From IMG/VR virus record IMGVR_UViG_3300031867_000039: 64,000 nt of DNA; one strand, given 5' to 3'. The position numbers and the translations under genes are program-made. The notes beneath the pieces are model-generated. The model saw nothing but the letters and a program-made list of their open reading frames with translations. It did not search any database and was not told the DNA's origin. Source of the stretch: an uncultured virus (IMG/VR IMGVR_UViG_3300031867_000039). Taxonomy: Duplodnaviria > Heunggongvirae > Uroviricota > Caudoviricetes > Schitoviridae. Shown one piece after another: positions 36,427-48,400 of the stretch. Within the stretch, counting starts at the first letter, position 1; every line of letters starts with the position of its first letter.

Positions 36427-39400
36427 ATGACTGATAACTATGATCAAAGTGCTGTAACTCAAGTTCCTGCAGAAGTATCTAGCAATGGTGAACAAGATAT
36501 TCTAAATAAATTTAGAAGTTATGATGAATTAAAAGCTACTGTCCATGATTTACCTTTTAGTGAATTTGCTGGAAGGTATGCTCCAAATAATTATGAAGCA
36601 GCTAGTCGTATTTATGGTCAAGTATCAAGACAGCTTTATGAGCAGTCAAGGTTTAACGAATCTATTTATGATAAACGTATTGAACCACAAGATCCTGATA
36701 CTTATGCACACTTTGATACTAATACTTTATCAGGTAAAGTACTTGATGCTGTCTTTGGTGATACTTCTAAAGAGAGCATGAATAATAGCTTTATTAAATC
36801 ATTACTTGTTAGTAATGCTATTAACAGTACTGCTAGTGTATCTAATGCTTATCATGACTTTATTAATATGTTTGGTGCTAATTCGGGTAGGTATAATACT
36901 ACTCCTGAAGAAGAACAAGAGAGACAGAAAACTAGACAGTTAATTGAAGATACTGCTAAACGTATGCCTTATGGTGTTAGTCCTGAAACCAAGAATGCTA
37001 TGGTTGAAATTAAAGTTAAGCAAGATAAGGTTAAAGCACTAGAAGATGAGTTATCTAAGGAAACAGATCCAAAGAGACAGAAAGAATTAGAAGCAGAGAT
37101 TAATGCTCTTAGATTATCTCCTGAAGAAATGGAACTTACTAAAGATCCAGTATTTAAACAGGTTAATCAGTTAGAAGAATCTATTAATCTATATAATAGA
37201 TTATCTTCCTTATCACAGGCTGATAGTGATTTCTGGGGATTAAATCAGTTTAAGTATAATAATGCTATAGAGAAACCAGAATCATTAAAAGACCATATCT
37301 TTAAAATTAATAAGATGTTAGCTGATACTTCTGGTTTATTGGCTGAATCAGCTTTAGTTGGTGGTGCTATAGGTAAAGGTGCATCTTTAGTTAGGGGTGC
37401 TTTATCAAGAGGTCTTGGATTAGGTTCTAAATCTATTTTTGCAGGTGAAAATGCAGCATCATTATCTGGTTTTAAATTATTTGATCCAAAAACATGGTCA
37501 CCGGCTACTTTAGCTATTAGACGTGGTAATAAAGTAATTCCTGCAGTACTTAAAGGTGTTAAAGAACTAGGTGTTAGTACTGCTGCTGTATTACCTTTAT
37601 CCTTAGAAGAAGCTGCAGAAAATAGAGTAGATACTATTAACAACTTACTCAATAATGGTTTAGCTCCTGGATTATCTACAGGTGAAGAAAGATGGATGTT
37701 GGCTGCTGCATTAATTAATGATGTAGGTACAGCTATGTTACCTAAAATGCCTGTATTACCTAAAGCATTACGTGGTTCTGCTACTGAAGTAGCTGCATCA
37801 AGAATATATAATAATATTAAAACTAAATGGCCTGATATATCTGCACAAGCATTTGAAAAAGCATTTAAATCAGGTACATCCCTTACTAAATCTGTTAGAG
37901 CTGCAATAGCTGCAGAGTCTATGAAAGTATTAGCTGAAGCAGGTAAAGATGGTATTACTAAATCAGGTGCTAAAGCTATTGGTAATTTCATAGGTAATCT
38001 GACCCAAGATAGTATTGCCCTTGGTTTAACTACATTTGTACAGCAGGCTATTAAAGACTTTGCATCTGCAGGTTATTTACGTTCAGGTGACTTTGTAGAG
38101 AACTGGGTAGATTATCTTAGTGGTGGTGATTATAGACGTAACCTACAAGAGTCTTTTGAAGCTGGTTTAATGGCTATTCCTTTAGCTGCTCCTAGTGCTT
38201 CAGGTAGATTTAAGAAAGATATTGATAACTTATCCAAGTATTCTACTGAATTAAAGAAACAAGCTTATTTAAATGCTAATCTATGGTCTAGTGATGAAAC
38301 TGTAGAATATGATAAGATCCAAGATATTCTTAATAAGCCAAGAGTAGATCAAGAAACTTATAGTAATAACATTAAAGAAATCAGTGAAGCTGTATCTAAT
38401 AACGATATAGATTCTATTGTTAATAAAACAGGATTATCAAGAGAATTTGTATCTACAGTGTTGGAAACATCAACACCAAAAGATGCTATTGTTGGCTTTA
38501 CTGATTTCTTAGGTGTTACTGATACTAAAGCCAAGAAGTTAGAAGAACATCAAGCAGAATTAATTAACCAAGCTAAAGAAAAGAGAGATACAGATAGTAT
38601 CCTTGGTAAAGGTGTACGTACTGATTCTTCATATACTGTAAATAATGCTAAGAGATTATTTAAAGATATTACTAAACTTGGTTCAATGTCTAATAATAAA
38701 GCTGCTTTAGGTGAATTGATCCAAACATACCAACAGGTACAGAATGGTACTATGGGGGCTAAAGAGATTGGTTCTGTATTACAGAAATATGCTCATTTAC
38801 CTGAAGTACGTGTATTGGATTCTATGTTACGTAGAACTTCTAATCTAGCTTTTAAAGATGCAGATATTGTAGCTAATTTAGATAGACTAGCTAATAAGTA
38901 TTTAAAGACTCCTACTAGAGATAACACCAAACTTAAAGATAGTCCTATGGATTTAATATTTGGTGTAGATACTGGTAAAGCTGATAAATTCTGGGAATTC
39001 GCTGCATCAGGTAAATTATCTCCAGAAGACTTACTTAAAATGGATGCAGCTGATGAAGCTGAAGAACAACGTTTAGAATCTATTAAAAACCAAACTAATG
39101 GTGCAGAGATTACCTCTAAACAAGAACTTATTAAAGCTCGTAGAAAAGCTTATAAGAAACTCATTAAATGGAATAATGATATTAATGCTGTATCCAATAA
39201 CCTCTCAGAAGTTTTAAAACCAGCTAAAGAATATGCACAAAAGAATAATATCCCATTAAGTGAATTAGGTACTGTAATTGATAAATTCTTTAATAATGCA
39301 AAAGATGAAAAGAAGAAAGGCTTATTCAATCATTTAACAGATATCTTCAGATATTACACTAATAATGATGTAGGTAATTTATTACAGTCATTACATCAGT

Positions 39401-42400
39401 TAGGTACTTTTATTAATTCACAATCACCTGAAGTAAAAGGTGTTAATTATAATGGTAAATTAGTAGATAGGATTGCTGCTGAACATGAATTAATGAAAAT
39501 AGTAACCAAACAGTTCTTAGAAACTAATGGTTTAATTAAGGATATTGAAGCTAGTGCTAAAGTAAATAACATTACTGGTCCTATTATCTTAGCTGAATTA
39601 GAGCATATTAAAGGACTGTATGAAGGTGTTAATACTACTTATGATCAGTTTATAAAGGATAATGCTGCTTTAGTATCTACTTTTACTACTGCTGCTACTT
39701 CTAATTCTACTAATAACGCTGAAGAGCGTAGTAATACAGAATCTAGTGATTCTAATAATGTTGCAGATGATGTAGAAATTAATTTAGGTGAACAGAATAA
39801 AGAACAAGAACAGGAACAAGCATCTGCTCAATCTGAACCAAAAGTACAAGTTGCAGATGATAAAGAAGAAACTATTGAGGATATAGTAAATAATGCTGAA
39901 TCTGAACCAACATCGCAACAGCAAGGACAAGAAGTACAGAATGTAGAACAACCTGTTGCACAAGAACAGGCTCCAGAACTTATAGAAGATGCTAATAATC
40001 CTTTAAGTGATTCTACTACTGCTGCAGTTAATGCTGCTATTACTATTAACTCATCTACACAGAATTTTGATAATGTAGTTGCAAATAATAATACTAGTGC
40101 TGATAGAGGTGTTAATACACAACAGCAAAGAACTAATGGAAATACTAATAGAAATAACCAAGAGTTATATACTGAATTTTCAAACCATTATTTTAAAGAA
40201 GAACCTGCTTTATTAAGACCTAGTAGAAATGATCCAAATAAACGTGAAATCCCTAATACTGTAACTAACCTTATATCTGGTTTATCAAAAACTGGATTAA
40301 GGGTTAATTTTGTACCAGTAAGTGAAGATATTGCTAAAAGTAATGATGAATTCTATATTTTTAAACGTAATCCTCAAAGTGATGGTAGTGAACAACTTAG
40401 TGTTAATTGGATTGGTTTAAGTAAACTTGTTCCATTTAACTTAATTAAATATACAGCAGATTATATAGCTAAAAAACCTGCTGATGAAATTATTAAGGTT
40501 GCTCTTCCTGTTGGTATTGATGCTATTGGATATAATGATAATAATGGCAAACATATTGTAAATTTTAGAATTCGTGAAACAACATTTGAAATACAATCAC
40601 CGCAAGACTACTATAATGCAAAATACTATTTATTAAATTTCTTACAATATGTTTATCCTAATATCTCAAAAAGTAGATTTGTTAATATTGGTGATATAAG
40701 ACCTGCTGTATTAAATGCAGTTAATGCTATGCATACTGATGCTAAAGAAGCATTTATTAAAATTGTACAAAAATCTAAAAGTAGTAAAAAGAAAGCACCT
40801 ACAAAAAACCCACTATTTCAGGTAAAAGCTAGTTCTTTTGGTTCAACATTAGGGAAACTGTTTGAAAATAAAGAACCACAAATAGTTACAAATCTTACTT
40901 TAGATAAGATTGTTAATGATGGTTCTAAATTTGCTGGTTTCTTAGATTTAACTAGACCTGTTGATAAAACTGATACTGACCCTAATAGTATTATAAAAAG
41001 AACTGATTTAGGACCATTAATCAGTTTTGCTGAAAAAAACAATATGATCGGTAATTCATTTGCTAATATATATGCAGCATATATGCAGGCTACTGGTCAT
41101 GGAAATGATATAGATGCAAGTATCCTGAGCAGTAAGGACTATAACAGTAAATTACAAGTACAAGTAGCAGCAAGAAATGAATTAGCTGCTATACCATATT
41201 TAATTGCTCATAACTACTTCCCTACTAGTCAAATAAAAGTTAAAGATACTAATACATACAGTAGTATTTGGGAACATCCAGAAGATAAATTAGATAAATG
41301 GCAATCTAGGTTTAAGAAATTATTTGACCCATTTGTATGGGTTCATACACATGAGGGTGCAAAATTATTTAAAGAATCATTACCTTCTGGTGTTGTAGTA
41401 GATGATTTTGCAACAACTGTTAATAACCTTACTGCATTTACTTATGGTCAGGTAACTCAAGCTTATGCTAATTCTGTACAGCATACTATACAACCTAATC
41501 AGAATGTGCAGCAAAAGGTTAATACTGTTAATAATACTGTTACTCCTACTCCTACTACTAACAATAGTAATAATACTGATGTACAAGATACACCAGTAGT
41601 AGAACAACCTACAGTAAATAATACGCAAGAGCATAATTTAACTAATTCAACTACTGATTTGGTTAATGCTACTTATTCCCTTAATCAGCAAAATATTCCA
41701 AAAGTGGTAACAGAGTTAACTACAAATAAACCAAAAAAAGAACTTAAAGAATATCAAGATGCTGTTGATAGTAATGTAGCTATTGATCAACGTGAATCAC
41801 AAGATCCAACACAGGCTAATGAACCTCAAGCTATTAGTGATGCTGATATGGCTGATGATGGTACTACTATACCTAGTGCAGAAGAAAATACAGAAATGCA
41901 AACACCAGAGTCTGTATCATTAGGTAGAGTAGCTTTAGATAAACTTATCTTACCTCCATCTGCAAATGCAACATCAGAAGATTGTGTTAATGGTTTACTT
42001 GATGACACTGAATTAGGCAAAACTAATAAAGCTGTAGGCACATTACAGGAACTTTATAATAAGTCAGAAGATAAAAGCCAAATCAAAGATGTACTAAAGA
42101 GGGGTAGAGAAGGTTTTATTAAAATAAGACAAATCTTAGCTAATAGTGATAAAGAAACTAAAAATATAGTTAAAGGAAATACTGTTAGGATTAAAAATCC
42201 AGAGGTATTACTTACTACAAATGATATTGTTAATATAGCATACGATGTTAGAGGTGTTCCAGCAGAAAACCGTGAATTTGTAAGTAAAAACCAATATTTA
42301 AGTAGTATTTTATTTAAGGATATTGACTCTGAAGATAAAGATGCAAAATCAGCCATAATTAATGAATTTGCTAGCAGACTTAGATTAAGGAATGTTAATA

Positions 42401-45400
42401 ATGCTGAGATTACTGATAATGATGTTTACAAAAAATTAAGTGAACTTAAATTTAGAGTATCTTTAAAACCATCTAAGGAACTTTCACAGAATTTTGCAAA
42501 TACCTTAGATTTAACAGAAGATTCATTTTTACTTAATTATTTAGGTACTGATGGTGAAGTAGATGATAATAAAGTTAATAGTTTCTTTAATAATATTGAA
42601 AACCAACTTACTACATATATCTTTACTAATTTAGCAAATGAAGGTTCTTCTGTAGATATTGGTACTCTAATGCGTTATTCAGGATTACCTGCTGAGAAAT
42701 CTAATGCAGAACATATGAGTGCTATTCTCAAGAAATATGGACCTGAATTATTAAGTGCATTAAAAGATGGTGGACTTGTTGGACCTATTTCTGCATTTAG
42801 TAGAAAATTAGGTAAGTACTTATATAGTTCTTTGGATAAAAGTGCATTCCCTAAAGACTTTAAACTAAATGAAACTGAATTAGAATTATTTAAAATGTAT
42901 CTTGGTAGTTTAGGTACTAAGATACTTACAGATTCTGGTTTATTAATTAAAGCAGATGATATACAAAATGCTGATAATCTTTATAAGGTTAATGTATCTA
43001 AAAAAAATGCTAATGGTGTTAGATATAATTCTGCAGTAGTAAATGGTAAGATTCAGAAAGTACAGGTTGATCCAACAGAATTAGATAAAGTAAAAGAGTT
43101 TAATAAACTTGATAAAAAGCATGTATTTACTAAATACATACTTGGTAATGCTTATGCAGAAAAGCATGTATCCTATGATGGTTCATATAAAGTACCTAAG
43201 TATACAGAACACGGTATGGAAATACCTAGAAGTATGCGTAATGCTTTAAATAAATACATGCAAACTGGTTATGCTATAGATAAGAGTATTGTTGGTTACT
43301 TTACTAGAGATTTAAATTCTCTTTTATATTTAGAAGGCGATAATACATTAAAGTATAATAATAAAGAATTAACTGTTAGAGATTTCTTTACATTATGGTT
43401 ATCTGATTATTCAACTGATGAAGCATTCCAAGATTTTGCACATAAAGCTATGAATGAGTGCAAAATACTGAAACGATTAAATGTATTTTTAAATATCAAA
43501 GATCCAAGAAATTACTTTGAGACTACTGGATTCTCTGTTGTAGCTCATAACAGATCAGTAATTAAAGAGTTACTTGGATTAAATGATAGTATTGATGCTT
43601 GGAATTCTAATAAAGCTAAAATACAGGAAGAGATTGATGCATTAACTGATGAAACTAAAAAGAAATATAAAAATCAGTATTTATTAGCACATCATGAAGA
43701 AATACTATCAGATGATAGTAATTATTCTTTTGCTTGGTTCCCAATTAATCCAGGTGTTAACTATCGTGCTTTCCAGAATGGTATTGAAATTAATCCAGTA
43801 GCAAGTAAAGAATTTACTAGATATTTAATGTATCGTTCTCCTAATGTGTTAGAGTCTGGATTTATTAAGAATGATAAGGTTAATGGTGGTACAGCTCAAC
43901 ATATTATTGCTTATTCTATTCTTCAGAACTTTGACCAAAAACCAGAGAAGAAGATTGCTCCAAAGGATTTCCAGAAGAAAGCTCAAGAACTTCTTAAAAA
44001 GATAGAATGTCCAGCTTTAAAAGAGATTATTTTAGACTATCAAAAGAATGGTTCTTTTACCTTTACAAATGGTGATTTATGGGCTGATTTGCTTAAACAT
44101 ATTGAAGATCAAAAGCTTGAATTAGAACATACTATACAAATCTTTAATATTGTTAAAACCATAGCACAATTTGCTGATGACAAAGGAAATATCCAGTATG
44201 GTGAACATACTCTATTTGTTATTAATGATAAAAAGATAACTAACTATGTATTAGCTGAAACTGATGGTATCACTAATGGTGCTGCTATTGGTTTAGTTAC
44301 TACCCTTGGTTTATTAGACCCAACTATGACTGAAGCTGTTAATGAGCTAATAACTAAAGCAGATTGGGAAAACTTAAATCGTATTGGTATATTCAAAAAA
44401 GGTTCTACTATAGAGAGTGTTAATCAGTTCTATTTTAATGAAGATGGATCTAAGAAAAAGAATGCTCGTGATATGTATGAGAACCTTATTGATAAGTTTA
44501 AACTAAATGGTATTACTTCTAATAATGGTAGACCACTTATTCATGGATACGATTGCAATAACTTACTTAGATTAGTATTTATTACTAAATATGGTGTATT
44601 TGATAAAGACTTTAAAGCTAAATATAAGCAAGTCTACTTTGATGCTAAAAAGGGTATTATAGATAAGTATCCAGATATTACAAATGAGCAGTTAAAGGAA
44701 TTTAATACATATATCCTAACAGGTGAAAATATTACTTTAGATGATAAAACTTTTAGACATATATATGAAAGTATATTTAAGAGTGTATTAGAACGTAATG
44801 ATACTAAGTATCCATTTATGACCTTTAACTATGCAGCAGGTGTAGATGCTATTACTAAAGACCTATTAATGAATAGATTAATACCTGTAGCATTAGAACA
44901 TTTAGCTGAAGCATTAAAGAATAGTCAAGATACAGAACATACTCTTGCAAAGTTTATTGAAGATACTCTTGAATATTGTACGGATAATAAAACATTAACT
45001 ATACATGAAGATATTGCTGATACTTTACTTGATCCAAGCAATAGAAATTCTAATGAAAAGTTTAATGAGTTTAAGGAAAAGCTTAAAAAAGCTAATTTAT
45101 ATTTTAACAAGGAAGAGCTTAAAACTTTTAGACAGTATGCTAATACACAGTTCCTTAATGAACAGGCAAGAGAAGATACTAAAAAGTATTTAACGCTATC
45201 CTTTAAGAATAAACGCTATATAGGTATATATAATGAATTTAATAAAATTAGAAATAATTCTATTAAAAATGGTGTAATTAATATTACCCCTGATAAAGTA
45301 AGTGCTAAACTCATTGATGATTTACTGCATCTAATGGTTCCTGGATTTACTGCTATAATGGGTCAACCATTATTTGATACTATGATGAATGAATTCCCTC

Positions 45401-48400
45401 AAGTTAAATTCATTAATAGTACTGCAACTGCAGTATTTCCTATAATGATTAAAACTATAGAAGATATAAAGCGAGATGCTTTACAAAAGTTATTTAAACA
45501 TTATGGTGTAACATCTTATAAGCATTTACCAGATGCAGCTAAAGAAGCTTATACTAAGTTTGTAAATAACTTTGATAAAAGTTATAAATCACCTTTAGGT
45601 GGTAGTTTCCCTATAGCACGTAAATTAGTTCAACAGGATTTAAGTAGAGGTGGTATAGGTTTCGGTGGTATATACTCATCACTTAGTTCTATTGATGAAG
45701 AAGTAAATGGTGCTGCAGCTATGGTTGATGGTGTTCAATCTGCTGATAGTAGTGTAGCTACCTATGCTAAATTAGAGGTTGGTGGTATCTTCCTTGATAT
45801 TTATGATGCTAACCATACTAATTCACTTAGAACCAGTGAAATCTGTAGAGCCCAAAATGCAGGATTCTCTTTAGTTACTATATTAAGTAAATCAGGTATC
45901 TTATATGCTACTAGAGATGTATTTAAAGCTTTTACTAATATGGATAACTATAAATTCTCTGTAACTGATGCTGAAACAGGTGAAACTGTTGATTTTGATT
46001 TATCAGATGAGTTTGATAAATACCTAGCTACTGGTATTGCTAAAGCAACTCTTGGTGAACGTATTGCAGATAGAAATTACAATAATCCACCATCAAATAT
46101 ATTAAGGGCTTATGCTGAGACTTATTCACAATCAACTATAAACTATGATGATATATCTAAAGATGAAAATATAACTAATAGTATTAATGTTAATATCTTT
46201 AAGAATACTCATTCTATTAGTAAACTTGAAGGTATTACAGCTAGAACTGTAGATAAAATTACTGATCCTACTGTTCAAGCAGCTGTTGAAGAATATACAG
46301 ATAACCCAGGATCTTTCTCATTTGTTATTCCTGAATTCTTGGATAAAAAACATCAAGTATTTTTATCTATGAACCAGTACTATAGTGCTTTACAACAAAT
46401 ACTTGAAAACCAAGATAAAGCAGACTTATATAAAGGATTAGCTGAAAATGCAAAAGAACGTTTATTAACAGTACTTGCAAATAATAACATAACTGAAAAT
46501 AGTGCAAATAAAGTTATTGAAGCTATAGAGGGTTATAGTAATAACTCTAATGATCCAAGATATAAAGCTATCGTAAACGGATTAGGTAGATATGCTGGTA
46601 CAGAAGCTTTCTTATTTGGTTATGAAGATAAAGACACTAAAAAGAGAATTAGGTTCTCTGATGATCCTTTAGTTAAAGAGATCTTATTTAATAATGAGGA
46701 TTCAGAAGAATACCAAGCATTTAAGATAAAACCATATGATAAATGGAAACATGGTGATTTATTTAGAATGAGTCCATTACCATTCTTAGAGAAAGCTATT
46801 AGTATTCATGAAAAAGCTATTGATCAGTTATTAGAAAATGATGTTATTGTATCCCAATACAATATGGGATCTGACGGTGAATATGTAATAGATAAGGGAT
46901 CTAATTTATATAATCCAACAGATTTTGCATCTATTAAAGAGTCTCTAAAGACTGTTAATAAACCAGTTACATTTAAAGAAGATGGACGATTAAAGTTTAA
47001 ATCTATAGCTGGTTTAGATGAAAATAGTTTTAATGAAACACTCTTAAAGTATTTAGATAATACATTTAAATTAAAGAAATACAGTAAAGAGAATTTAGAT
47101 GCAGTACTTAGTCCTAAACATTGGATTTCTAAATCTGTTAGAGATATGGTATATGATTTCTTTAAAGATAATGGTACTGTACAGAGTGTAAATGATGATT
47201 ATGCTTTATTAAGAGCTTTATCACAATATCGTAAAAATGAACAAGCTATTCTTGAAAATGCTTTAGTACATCTTTTACGTAGTGCTTATGGATATGTAGA
47301 TAAAGGATTTGAATATCAAACCAGATATGCTTTAAAGACTTTAGATGCATTACAATCTGTAAGTGGTGATATAGCAGCAACTAAAGATACTTTAATGTAT
47401 TACTTCTCACAAGTATCTGATCTTACTAATAAGTATATAAGATACTCATTAGCACAAGGTATGCTAGTAAAAGAAGATATTGATTCTGCTGGTTCAGAAA
47501 CCATTGATCCACAAACAGTAGAGAATGTTAGATCTACACTTGAAATCAGTGAAGATAATGTAACTAGTGTATTTGATGGATTAGGTTCTGCAGAGTCTGT
47601 AGAAATGAATGGGCATAACTATAGATTATGTTCACAAGAACATTCTCAATATCTTCGTGGTCATGTACGTGATGCTGCTAAAGCTATACGTAAATTTACT
47701 ATGATCCAAGGTACTACAGATGCTATTAGTCATGGTTCTGCAAACCAAGCAAGAGATAGAGAAGGTAGAGTAACTCAAAGAATAATTAAGATATTCAAAG
47801 GTATTGTACCTCCATCTCAAGCTGGTTTACCTTACTCTATGCAGGAACTTATGGCTCATGAAATGGATCACTTAATTTGGTGGTCTTTAGATAATGCAGA
47901 TCCTTTATATCAGGAATTACGTACTATTTTCTATAGATTTAGAAATGCATATCAGAACCATCCTGAAGCATTTATGCTTAATAAAGGATTAACACCTAAT
48001 ACTGCAGAATATAGAGCTGAATACAATGCAGCAGTAAGACGTATGGAATACATACTTGGTATAGGTGAAAATGCATCTGAAGATCCAATAAGGGAGTTTG
48101 CTACATTTGCATTAACCAATGAAAGTATGCGAAGCATACTCTCTCAAGTACCTGGTGAATCTACTGAAAGTAATAAACCATTAACTAACTTTATTAGAAT
48201 GATAGGTGATTTATTCCTTAAAGTTATTAATAAGATATTTGGTAAGGTAGATAATAATAAATATAAACGTACTGATAATCTATTAGCTAATGTAGAAGCT
48301 ATTCGTAGAGTTGTTATGGAACGTATGGGTTCATATAGAGAAATAACAAGATTAAATGAATTAGCATCTACAGTACATCATAAGTTTGATGCAGGTGATT

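Noticed and set aside
37245..37991. Long antisense ORFs inside the vRNAP and other structural genes (also 30547-30933, 1131-1340, 24246-24473)
   Set aside because: Shadow frames produced by biased codon usage of the sense genes; no RBS or recognisable motifs
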